Of a stretch of DNA of 51,462 nucleotides, positions 1 to 8,317 are shown piece by piece. The notes under the pieces are model-generated. The model saw only the letters and a list, made by a program, of their open reading frames with translations, ran no database searches and was not told the DNA's origin. Within the stretch, counting starts at the first letter, position 1, and every line of letters starts with the position of its first letter. Origin of the DNA: Gemmatimonadaceae bacterium (GTDB lineage: Bacteria; Gemmatimonadota; Gemmatimonadetes; Gemmatimonadales; Gemmatimonadaceae); the NCBI GenBank assembly GCA_025450815.1, contig JANWLO010000014.1, positions 1-51,462 of the forward strand. Direction: 5' to 3'. The translations under genes were made by a program, and so were the position numbers.

Positions 1-3
1 CGC

Positions 4-651
4 ATGCACGACGCCCGGCTCGCCGAGCCGCCACCGCACGGAAAGCTGGCCGCGTACGTCGGTCTGATTTCCGCAGTGTCGTTTGCGGCTCTCACCGTAT
101 TGGTGATTGCGAATCGCACGGCGGTGATCGATCGCGCGCTGATTCTCTCGCTTCGCGCCGAGGCGAGTCCTCTGCTCACCACCATTCTTCTGGCGGTGAC
201 GTTTACGTCGGGGAAACTCGCCATCCCCGCTGCGATCGTCTTCGCCGCCGCGCTGTACCGGCGGAGCGGCACACGCGCCACGATCTACTACGCCGCGGCG
301 TGCCTGGTGGGCCAGCTGCTCGACGCGCTCATCAAGTACGACGTGGGGCGTGTGCGCCCGCACGGGGTCAGTCCGAGGCTCACGGCCGCGGGCGGTTTCT
401 CGTATCCGTCCGCAGACGCGATGCTTGCGGTGCTGATCTTCGGATTGGGCACCTGGATGCTCGCGCGCACGATACGTTCCGCCGGCACGCGCGCGGCGGC
501 GCTGGCACTCGCCACCGTGTTTGTCGTCGCCGCGTGCGTCGCGCGCGTGTACCTGGGCGCGCACTGGCCCAGCGACGTGCTGGGCGGCGTGCTCGCCGGA
601 GTCGCATGCGCTGCATTTTTCGTCAGTTCGTTCTCGATCACTTCGTCGTGA
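4..651 (+). CDS. PAP2-family membrane phosphatase (phosphatidic acid / undecaprenyl-PP phosphatase-like)
   Basis: 215-aa ORF with the PAP2 signature blocks KYDVGRVRP, YPSADA and ARVYLGAHWPSDV, plus several hydrophobic helices. The ATG sits 3 nt from the window edge, so the true start could be upstream. Confidence 0.8.
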   Translation: MHDARLAEPPPHGKLAAYVGLISAVSFAALTVLVIANRTAVIDRALILSLRAEASPLLTTILLAVTFTSGKLAIPAAIVFAAALYRRSGTRATIYYAAACLVGQLLDALIKYDVGRVRPHGVSPRLTAAGGFSYPSADAMLAVLIFGLGTWMLARTIRSAGTRAAALALATVFVVAACVARVYLGAHWPSDVLGGVLAGVACAAFFVSSFSITSS

Positions 652-2203
652 GCCTTTTGAGCGCCGACGCATCGTCCAGCTCCAGTCCGCGCTCCGCCTC
701 CAGGCTAGCGTGGTCACGCCCGAGGGTCGCGAACGCAACCGCCTTCCCGTTCTCGCGATACGCGACTGTCGCATCACCCTTCGCGATATCGCCGCCAACC
801 ACGATCTCCTCCCACTTCGACGCATGCCCGACGTACGAGACGGACGTGTCGTAGTGCGCGCTCCAGAAGAACGGGATCGCGTCGAATTTCTCGCGCAGCC
901 CAAGGATATTGCGCGCGGCCGTCTGCCCCTGCCGCTCTGCGACCACGAAGTGCTCCACCCGAATGTTGCCTCCGGAGCGATACGGGAACGAAGCGATGTC
1001 ACCAGCCGCGTAGATCCCCGGCACGCTCGTCTCGAGATACTCGTTTACCGTGACGCCGTTGTCGACCGCGAGCCCGGCATCTTTCGCGAGATCGAGGTTC
1101 GGCCGCACGCCGATTCCGATCACCACGAGATCCGCGGTGATCGTTTGCCCATCGTCCAGCGTGACGTCGTCCGCGCCTATCCCGATCACCGACCTGCCGA
1201 GCGAGAACTTCACGCCGTGCTGATCGTGGATGGCCTTGATGTGGGCGCCCAACTCGGGTCCGAACACCTTCACCAGCGGCACCGTATCCGGCGCAACGAC
1301 GTGCACCTCGAGCCCACGTGTGCGCAGCGACGCGGCGACCTCGAGCCCGATGAAGCTCGCGCCGATCACCACCGCGCGATGCGCGTTCTCCGCCGCGGCG
1401 ATGATCGCGCGACTGTCCGCGAGCGTTCGCAGATAGTGCACCTGCGGCCGCTCCGCACCTGGAATTTTGAGCACGATCGGCGTGGCGCCAGTGGCAAGGA
1501 GGAGCCGGTCGAAGGTACGCGACTGGCCATTCTCGAGCGTGGCCTTCTTCGCCTTCGCGTCGATCGCAGTGACGCGCATGGAAGTGAGCAGCTCGATCTT
1601 GTGCTTCTCGTAGAATTCGGTACCGCGCAGCGGGAGCCACTCTTCTGGCGCCGAGCCAGCCAGATAATCCTTCGAGAGATTGGGACGGTCGTAGGGCCCT
1701 GACGGATCCGCGCCGATCATCGTGATCGCGCCGGTGAATCCGTCACGCCGCAACATCTCGGCCGCCGCGTTCCCCGCTGCGCCCGCGCCAACGATCACCA
1801 CCGTCTGCACGGTGGAGTCCGTGCGCGCACGCCCCGCGACCGGCGTCGCTCCATCGTGCGCCGCCAGCTCGCGCCCGACGACGATCGTGTCGCCCTTGCG
1901 GCTCACCTCCCAGCACGACACGGGGTTGAGCGCGGGCGCTCGAAGCGCCTCACCGGTGCGAAGGCTGAAGCACGCATGGTGCCACGGGCAGCGCACGGTC
2001 TCGTCTACGATGAGCCCCTCGCCGAGCGGGCCGCTGTAGTGCGTGCACGTCGCGCTGAGGGCGAAGAGCTCCGTGCCTCTGCGCGCAACGAGCACGGCCT
2101 TCCCCTGCGCGTGGCCGAGCAGCATGCCGCCGTCCGGAACGGTGGATGAGGGCACTCCTGCGGCGAGATCGGGACCCTTCAGTGCCTCTTGCTCACCACT
2201 CAT
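638..2203 (-). CDS. Rieske [2Fe-2S] domain fused to an FAD/NAD(P)-dependent pyridine-nucleotide-disulfide oxidoreductase (ferredoxin-reductase/AIF-like)
   Basis: Rieske box CTHYSGPL...CPWHHACF. Dinucleotide-binding motifs VVIVGAGAAGNAAAE and VVIGASFIGLEVAA. Start moved to the internal ATG at 2203 (MSGEQE...) because the first 44 codons of the ORF are Arg/Ser/Cys-rich junk. Confidence 0.85.
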   Translation of the reverse strand: MSGEQEALKGPDLAAGVPSSTVPDGGMLLGHAQGKAVLVARRGTELFALSATCTHYSGPLGEGLIVDETVRCPWHHACFSLRTGEALRAPALNPVSCWEVSRKGDTIVVGRELAAHDGATPVAGRARTDSTVQTVVIVGAGAAGNAAAEMLRRDGFTGAITMIGADPSGPYDRPNLSKDYLAGSAPEEWLPLRGTEFYEKHKIELLTSMRVTAIDAKAKKATLENGQSRTFDRLLLATGATPIVLKIPGAERPQVHYLRTLADSRAIIAAAENAHRAVVIGASFIGLEVAASLRTRGLEVHVVAPDTVPLVKVFGPELGAHIKAIHDQHGVKFSLGRSVIGIGADDVTLDDGQTITADLVVIGIGVRPNLDLAKDAGLAVDNGVTVNEYLETSVPGIYAAGDIASFPYRSGGNIRVEHFVVAERQGQTAARNILGLREKFDAIPFFWSAHYDTSVSYVGHASKWEEIVVGGDIAKGDATVAYRENGKAVAFATLGRDHASLEAERGLELDDASALKRLTTK

Positions 2204-2276
2204 GTTCTGACTCTCGATTACGGGTAATTGACGGCTCCGCCACACACAGCTGCAAGATATGCACGACGCGCGCCGC

Positions 2277-3335
2277 TCACCGGCGCTCGAGCCACCTGAG
2301 CTCCTGCACGATCGCGCGAGCGATCGTGCGCGCAAGAAGCGTCAACGGCGACCCGCCGCCGAAGGCACCCGTGATCGCCCACAGCGCACGCGGCGAGAAA
2401 GGCGCGCGATCGTCGATCGCGATGATCTCTTCCCATTCCTCGGGATTGAACTTGCTCTTGAACCGGTCGAGGCCGTCGAAGTCGTAGAATCGCCGGCCGT
2501 GCGCGCGCACCCATCGGAGCACGAGCGCGAGCCACGCCGGCACCCCCGGCCCCTCGTAGCGCGAATGCCGCGACAGCGGCGCGAGTCCGAGCGTCACGTA
2601 CTCCGCGCCATCCTGTGCGAGCGCGCGCATCGCCCCGTCCAGGAGCAGCTCCGACGTTCCGTTCGGCGCGCCGTGCCCTCGCACGATCTGCTCGATCAGC
2701 CATCCGCATCGCGCCGGCACCGGCGACGCCACGAGATAGGAGACCACCGCGCCCGCGCGCTCCGCGACGAAGATGCGCCGGTCGATCGTGAGCGCGATCG
2801 TCTCCGTCTCGATGAGAAAGTGCAGCGGCGGCAGCCCGAGCCCGTGCAGCCATTCGCTGAGCACGCGAGAGAGCTCGGGGCTGTTCCGCGCGCGCTCGGA
2901 ATTCCAGCGCGTGACCGCAACACCCTTGTTCCGCGCGCGATTGAGCTGAGCGCGCAGCGATGCTCGGCGCTCAATGATCGAACCCCAGCCCCGCGGGTCC
3001 CAACTCGGCTGCGCGCCGAGGCTCACCGTGCCGTGCCGCCCGTCGCCGCGCATACTGGCCTCTAGACGCGCGCCGGCGCCGAAGTAGCACACGCGATCAC
3101 CGCAAGAGTTAGCGTGCGCCGCGAACTCCGCGACGATGTCCTGCAGCCGCTCGGGTGCGCACACGGGCGCGCCCGCGACCACGCGTATCCCGCTGTGGCG
3201 CGCGAAACCAACGACGGCGTCGCCCCCGGTGGAGAACCAGTGCGCGATCCCCGGGTTCAGAATCTGGTACGCCGTAGCGTTCCAACCGTGCTGGAGCACG
3301 AGCTCGCGCGCTCGTGCGGCGTCTGGGGCGCTCAC
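2277..3335 (-). CDS. DUF2156 protein: stand-alone phosphatidylglycerol lysyltransferase (MprF) C-terminal synthase-like domain
   Basis: 352 aa. The N-terminus (LVLQHGWNATAYQILNPGIAHWF), the central ARNKGV / WL..LGLPPLHFL blocks and the C-terminal FYDFDGLDRFKSKFNPEEWE fit my recollection of the LPG_synthase_C family pattern. No flippase TM domain is attached. Confidence 0.75.
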   Translation of the reverse strand: MSAPDAARARELVLQHGWNATAYQILNPGIAHWFSTGGDAVVGFARHSGIRVVAGAPVCAPERLQDIVAEFAAHANSCGDRVCYFGAGARLEASMRGDGRHGTVSLGAQPSWDPRGWGSIIERRASLRAQLNRARNKGVAVTRWNSERARNSPELSRVLSEWLHGLGLPPLHFLIETETIALTIDRRIFVAERAGAVVSYLVASPVPARCGWLIEQIVRGHGAPNGTSELLLDGAMRALAQDGAEYVTLGLAPLSRHSRYEGPGVPAWLALVLRWVRAHGRRFYDFDGLDRFKSKFNPEEWEEIIAIDDRAPFSPRALWAITGAFGGGSPLTLLARTIARAIVQELRWLERR

Positions 3336-3439
3336 ATACGCTCCGTCATGTCGCGGAATTTACTTCGGGATCGTTCGAGTGCGCTCACGCGTTAACGCAT
3401 CACGTAGAGATGGGCCGACAAGCACTCGGGGGAGAACAG

Positions 3440-4465
3440 ATGGCGAAGATGCGCGCGGTACAGGTCGCACGAGCGGGCGGTCCGCTCGAGCTGGTCGAGA
3501 AGGAAGTTCCCGCACCCGCTGCAGGACGGGTGCGAGTAAAAATCGAAGCGTGCGGAATTTGCCACAGCGATGCGTTGACTGTGGAGGGACACTGGCCGGG
3601 GATCACCTACCCGCGCGTGCCGGGCCACGAGGTGGCGGGAGTCGTTGATGCCGTGGGCGCGAACGTTCGCGGCTTCGAGGCGGGACAGCGCGTCGGCGTG
3701 GGATGGTACGGCGGAAGCTGCGGCTACTGCGACTCGTGCCGGCGCGGCGACTTCGTCGCCTGCCTCATCGATCCCAAGATCTCCGGGATCTCGTACGACG
3801 GTGGATACGCCGAGTACATGGTCGTGCCATCCGAGGCGCTCGCGCACATTCCAGATGACATCTCGGCGGTGGACGCGGGCCCACTCATGTGCGCCGGTGT
3901 CACCACCTTCAATTCACTACGCAACAGCGGTGCGCGAGCCGGCGATCTCGTCGCGGTGCACGGCATTGGCGGACTCGGACACCTCGGCGTACAGTTCGCA
4001 GCGCGAATGGGCTTTCACACCGTGGCCATCGCGCGTGGGCAGGACAAGGCAGCGCTCGCGAAGAAGCTCGGCGCGCACGACTATATCGACAGCACCGTTG
4101 GCAATCCCGGCGACGCACTCACGAAGATGGGCGGCGCAAGGATCATTCTCGCAACGGTGACGAGCGGGAAGGCGATGGGCGAAGTGCTCGGTGGACTCGG
4201 CGTCGGCGGCAAGCTGATAGCGCTCGGGGCCTCGCCGGAGCCTATCGCGGTAACGTCGTTACAGCTCATCGGCGCACGTCGGTCCATCGCGGGCTGGCCG
4301 TCCGGATCGTCAATCGATTCGGAGGACACGATGCGATTCAGCGCGCTCACGGGTGTGCGGCCGATCGTGCAACAACTGCCGCTCGAGCGCGCGGCGGAGG
4401 GCTACGCGTTGATGATGAGTGGAAAGGCGCGGTTCAGGGTCGTGCTGACGATGGGCCGCGCCTGA
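3440..4465 (+). CDS. Zinc-dependent alcohol dehydrogenase (MDR family)
   Basis: GICHSD catalytic Zn motif, structural Zn Cys cluster CGYCDSCRRGDFVAC, and NAD fold VAVHGIGGLGHLGVQFA. Start set at the ATG at 3440, preceded by a GGGGGAG SD-like run. Confidence 0.9.
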   Translation: MAKMRAVQVARAGGPLELVEKEVPAPAAGRVRVKIEACGICHSDALTVEGHWPGITYPRVPGHEVAGVVDAVGANVRGFEAGQRVGVGWYGGSCGYCDSCRRGDFVACLIDPKISGISYDGGYAEYMVVPSEALAHIPDDISAVDAGPLMCAGVTTFNSLRNSGARAGDLVAVHGIGGLGHLGVQFAARMGFHTVAIARGQDKAALAKKLGAHDYIDSTVGNPGDALTKMGGARIILATVTSGKAMGEVLGGLGVGGKLIALGASPEPIAVTSLQLIGARRSIAGWPSGSSIDSEDTMRFSALTGVRPIVQQLPLERAAEGYALMMSGKARFRVVLTMGRA

Positions 4466-4951
4466 TCAGTCGATCTCCTTTTTCGGTGCCACGCCGCAAT
4501 CGAACCGGCCTGATGCCTTGCCATCATTAGTGACAAACGTGCCGGAGTGTCCATCATCGCTGAACACCACTGTGCCGAGCCCACCGTAGCTGTCGACGAG
4601 GGCGGTGGCGCCGAGGTACGCCGCCACGATCACATTCGTGTAGCGGCCAGGACCGGTGAACGAAATCTTGTTAGCGTGCATCTCGTCACTCATGGCGGCG
4701 TGAGGCCCGATTGTGAACGAGAGCGTGGGCAAGTTGGTTGGCCCCCACGATCCCATGAACGTGCCGTTGCCGAGGACACGGCAAGAGCCAGCGGTTACCG
4801 TGCGCGCCTTGGCCGCGGGCTTCTCGATCGTCGCGCTCGTGGCTGCTGCGCGTCCCTGCGCGCGTATCGAGGGAGTGGCGAAGAGTGATGCGAGAGCGGC
4901 CCCGCCGAGCAAGAGATCGCGTCCGCAAATACGCATTGTTCCATCCTCCAC
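4466..4951 (-). CDS. Hypothetical secreted protein
   Basis: 161-aa ORF with an N-terminal signal-like segment LLLGGAALASLFATPSIRAQG. No recognisable catalytic motif. The alternative start MRICG at 4936 is equally possible. Confidence 0.5.
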   Translation of the reverse strand: MEDGTMRICGRDLLLGGAALASLFATPSIRAQGRAAATSATIEKPAAKARTVTAGSCRVLGNGTFMGSWGPTNLPTLSFTIGPHAAMSDEMHANKISFTGPGRYTNVIVAAYLGATALVDSYGGLGTVVFSDDGHSGTFVTNDGKASGRFDCGVAPKKEID

Positions 4952-4991
4952 GCGCGAGTCATCTGCGCTGCATGATGATTCGCGACTGCGA

Positions 4992-5594
4992 TCAAGTCAA
5001 TCGAGGATGGATTCGGCGGCGCGCTTCGACAGCCGCCGACACGCAGGCGGCGAACGCGATGGCGCGAATGTCGAGACGAGTGGCGGACATCGTGCCGAGA
5101 AGGTCCGCCATGCTCGACGAGGACATCACGCGCAGAAGCACCGCTGCCACTGACACCGCTCCAACGGTTGCGGCAGCGGCGCGAGCGAAGCCCGAGAGCT
5201 GAAGCAGCTGTCCGCTCCGCTCGTGCAGCGAGCGTGCGCCGTTCGAGCACGCGATGAGTAATGTGAGTGCGGCCGCACCGAGAAGGAGGACGCGGGCGGC
5301 GTCGGCAGCGCCGCCAGCGTCATCGATCCACGACTCCAGCCCGCCTCCGGCGACATCCATGCTCGCCTGATACGCGTCGGACATGCGATCGCCAAGGGCC
5401 GGCGCATACGACACCGTGGTGCTACAGCTCGGATAGGCCGGCGAGCGAGGAAGGACGGCATCGATTACGCTGAACGCCGCGGTGGTCGCGCCGATCCCGA
5501 GCGAGAGGATCAATAACGCGAGGGCGCCCAGACCCCACGCGCTACCGCGGTGCGACGCAATGTTTATCTGATTGGGTGGCGACGTCTGCATCAC
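4992..5594 (-). pseudogene. Collapsed MacB/FtsX-type (ADOP-like) ABC permease remnant
   Basis: The 200-aa ORF keeps the typical N-terminal TM helix (LGALALLILSLGIGATTAAFSVIDAVL) and an FtsX TM block (LLLGAAALTLLIACSNGA). It lacks the several hundred residues of periplasmic and duplicated domains that these roughly 800-aa permeases normally carry. Confidence 0.45.
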
Positions 5595-5750
5595 ATTCTG
5601 CCGGGGACGGTAGATGGCGGTGAGCGGAGACAGTTTTTGCCATTCCCGGAATTGGATGCCGGGCGCTCGCAGATGGTTTCAATCCTTGACAGTGAGAGGC
5701 GCGAGCGGCCAGACTCCCTGCGCCGTCCCCCCACCCTTCGCTCCCCGCCA

Positions 5751-7796
5751 ATGCGCCTCTTCGCTCCGTTCGCGGCCTTACTCGTGTGCGCTCCTCTCGC
5801 TGCCGGCGCCCAGCGCGCAGCCACGGTCCCTCTCATTCCGGAGCCAACCGTGGCGGCGCTCGCCGGCGAGCTCTCGGGCGCATCGGCCAAGCGAAACCTG
5901 GAGTTCATCGCGCGCCAACATCGCATGCGCGCGTCGAAGGGATTCCGAGCGGCAGCGGAGTTCGTCGCGGCGCAGGCTCGACAGTACGGGCTCGAAGAAG
6001 TGACGGTGCACGAATTCCCGGCTGACGGTCACACGATGTATGGCACACAGAAGGCGCGCCTCGGGTGGGATCCGGAGTTCGCGGAGCTCTGGGAGGTGCG
6101 CGTCGAGGGCGTGCGCGCTATCCCTCTCAAGCGCATCGCGAGCTTCGAGGACATTCCGGGAATCCTTGCGGAGGACAGCGACAGCGCGGACGTCACGGGC
6201 GAGCTCGTGGACGTGGGGGCTGGCACTACCGAGCACGATTACGCCGGGAAGAACGTGCGCGGCAACCTTGTGCTCACGTCATCGCCGCCTGGCGACGTCG
6301 CTCCGCTCGCCATCGACAAGTTCGGCGCCAAAGGAATGGTGAGCGCTGCGCAGAATCAGGTGACCGCGTGGTGGAGGGAGGATGAGAATCTCATCCGTTG
6401 GGGGCACCTCGATTCGTTCGAAGCGCGCCATACCTTCGCGATCATGGTGTCGCTCAAGCAGGAGCGCGCATTTCAGGAGCGGCTCGCGGCCGGCGAGCAC
6501 GTGATGTTGCATGCGGTGGTGCGCGCGGCGCGGCACTCGGCAACCTACAACCCCGTGACCGCGCTCATCCCCGGCACGGACCGTCGCAGCGAGGAGATAG
6601 TGCTGAGCTGCCATCTAGACCATCAGCGGCCGGGCGCGAACGACAACGCGAGCGGATGCGCGACGATCCTCGAGGTGGCGCGCACGCTCTCAACGCTCAT
6701 CGCGGAGGGGAAGATCGCGCAGCCTTCGCGCAGCATTCGCTTCGTGTGGCCGTGCGAAGTGGAGTGTACGATGGCGCTGTTCCAATCGGAGCCGGCGATG
6801 CGCGCGCGCTTCAAGGCGGTGATCCACATGGACATGGTGGGTGGCGGCCCGGTGACAAAGGCGATCTTCCACGTCACCCGCGGTCCGCTCAGCCTTCCCA
6901 CGTTCGTCAACGATGTGGGACAGACGTTCGGCACGTTCGTGAATGACGAGTCGCAAGCGTACGCGATGGGCACCGGCGGGAAATATCCGCTTGTCTCAGG
7001 CGAGGGCGGGAAGGAGCCGCTGGAGGCGGACCTCGCGGAGTTCACGATGGGAAGCGATCACGAGCTGTACACGGAGAGCTCGTACGGAATTCCGGCGATC
7101 TACATGAACGATTGGCCGGACCGCTACATCCACACCAACTTCGATACGCCGGCGAACATCGACGCGACGAAGCTGCAGCGCGCAGCGTTCATAGGTGCGG
7201 CAAGCGCGCTCTTTCTCGCGAACATGAAGTCGTCCGATGTCCCGGCGCTATGGGCCGCCATGCAGAGCGCGATGCTGCGGCGCGCGGCGACGATGCTCGA
7301 ACGCCGCGCGGTGTTGTCGCCCGCAGACGCCTCGACGCTCACGCGCACTTTTCTCCGGTCGGAACATGCCGCCTTCGAGTCCATCGCGACGTTCGCCGCG
7401 ATCCCGGATAGCGTGCGCCATTCCGCGACGGCCTTCTTCGAGCAACTGGAAACCCTCACTGGAACGCCGGCTACGTCTGCCCCGGCCACCGGCGATGCAG
7501 CGACTGTCTACGCTCGGAACGCCGACGTGAAGGGTCCAATGGTGGTGTTCGGCTACGACTACCTCGTGGATCACTCGAGTGGTCGAACACCGCCGCGCCT
7601 GCTTGCCTTCCAGGGCATGCGCGGAGGCGGAGACGAGTATGCGTACGAGGCACTGAATATGGTGGACGGCAAGCGAAGCGTACGCGACATTCGCGACGCG
7701 GTGAGCGCCGAGTACGGCCCCGTGAGCCTGGAGTTGGTGACCGAGTATTTGCGTGCGCTCGCGGGGGCTGCGGTGATCCATACCCGCCCGCGTTGA
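5751..7796 (+). CDS. Secreted M28-family zinc peptidase with a PA-like insert and a C-terminal winged-helix (PqqD/HTH_47-like) tail
   Basis: Signal peptide MRLFAPFAALLVCAPLAAGAQ. M28 metal-binding block SCHLDHQRPGANDNASGCATILEVAR and later HMDMVGG / GSDHELY. C-terminal YEALNMVDGKRSVRDIRDAVSAEYGPVSLELVTEYLRALAGAAVI. Start set at the ATG at 5751. Confidence 0.85.
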   Translation: MRLFAPFAALLVCAPLAAGAQRAATVPLIPEPTVAALAGELSGASAKRNLEFIARQHRMRASKGFRAAAEFVAAQARQYGLEEVTVHEFPADGHTMYGTQKARLGWDPEFAELWEVRVEGVRAIPLKRIASFEDIPGILAEDSDSADVTGELVDVGAGTTEHDYAGKNVRGNLVLTSSPPGDVAPLAIDKFGAKGMVSAAQNQVTAWWREDENLIRWGHLDSFEARHTFAIMVSLKQERAFQERLAAGEHVMLHAVVRAARHSATYNPVTALIPGTDRRSEEIVLSCHLDHQRPGANDNASGCATILEVARTLSTLIAEGKIAQPSRSIRFVWPCEVECTMALFQSEPAMRARFKAVIHMDMVGGGPVTKAIFHVTRGPLSLPTFVNDVGQTFGTFVNDESQAYAMGTGGKYPLVSGEGGKEPLEADLAEFTMGSDHELYTESSYGIPAIYMNDWPDRYIHTNFDTPANIDATKLQRAAFIGAASALFLANMKSSDVPALWAAMQSAMLRRAATMLERRAVLSPADASTLTRTFLRSEHAAFESIATFAAIPDSVRHSATAFFEQLETLTGTPATSAPATGDAATVYARNADVKGPMVVFGYDYLVDHSSGRTPPRLLAFQGMRGGGDEYAYEALNMVDGKRSVRDIRDAVSAEYGPVSLELVTEYLRALAGAAVIHTRPR

Positions 7797-8145
7797 TGGT
7801 CGGCCGCACGATTGTCGTAGCGAGGCTGATACACATTCTGCCCTTGGTCTGGTTCGGCAAACATGAGGAACCCCTCCCACAGAGGGCAGTCTTGTGATCG
7901 CGGGCACGCTACATCTCGACGGGCATGGAGTGACGATGGCCTATAGCCTTGGACTGACGGAGAATCGTCACCGCGGCACCCGAGTTGCTCATTGTACGCT
8001 CGGCTAACCGGGCGAGCGCGTCGCCGGAAGGCTGTTCCGTAGTCTCTCGGTGCGTTAAGATAGAGCAAGGTAAGAATAGGAGGCCACGGTGGCCCCACTT
8101 CGACCGGGCAAGCGGCCCGGCAGAACCCTTTAGCCTGGAGGCGTA

Positions 8146-8316
8146 GTGTATCAAAAGCCGAAGGTGGAACGGTTCGGCACGTTCCGCGAATTGACCCAGG
8201 TCGGTTTCAACGGTACCACGGATGGCTTCACTATCTGCGGTATCGGATCCGGGAATGAGCTCTGTGGCGGACCAGATGTGCCGCCCTGTCGCAGCACCGG
8301 TTCACCGAACACCTGA
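8146..8316 (+). CDS. Small ORF (56 codons) with a lasso-peptide-type leader motif; candidate RiPP precursor
   Basis: GGAGG at 8137-8141, GTG at 8146, and an in-frame TAG at 8131 that excludes a longer ORF. Product: (M)YQKPKVERFGTFRELTQVGFNGTTDGFTICGIGSGNELCGGPDVPPCRSTGSPNT. The Y, P, V, G and T spacing equals the YxxPxLx3Gx5Tx lasso leader consensus. It is not listed on the + strand in the ORF track. Confidence 0.4.
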   Translation: MYQKPKVERFGTFRELTQVGFNGTTDGFTICGIGSGNELCGGPDVPPCRSTGSPNT

Positions 8317-8317
8317 C

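Noticed and set aside
521-1702. 393-aa + strand ORF antisense to the Rieske/FAD oxidoreductase gene. The same applies to other long ORFs such as 11638-12879(-), 16144-17322(+), 34007-35515(+), 40184-41239(-), 36993-38141(-), 31065-31952(-), 42432-43454(+), 43458-44597(+) and 45069-45890(-).
   Set aside because: Their translations are dominated by Arg/Ala/Pro/Gly/His with no motifs, which is typical of off-frame or antisense reading in about 70% GC DNA. Each overlaps an ORF in another frame or strand that carries clear family signatures.
7909-8154. 81-aa minus-strand ORF in the 7.8-8.3 kb gap, including a possible 27-aa internal ORF (MSNSGAAVTILRQSKAIGHRHSMPVEM).
   Set aside because: It has no Shine-Dalgarno, no motif and unconvincing composition, and its 5' end overlaps the better-supported + strand small ORF start. 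I left it unannotated, though the gap as a whole could host an ncRNA I cannot recognise.
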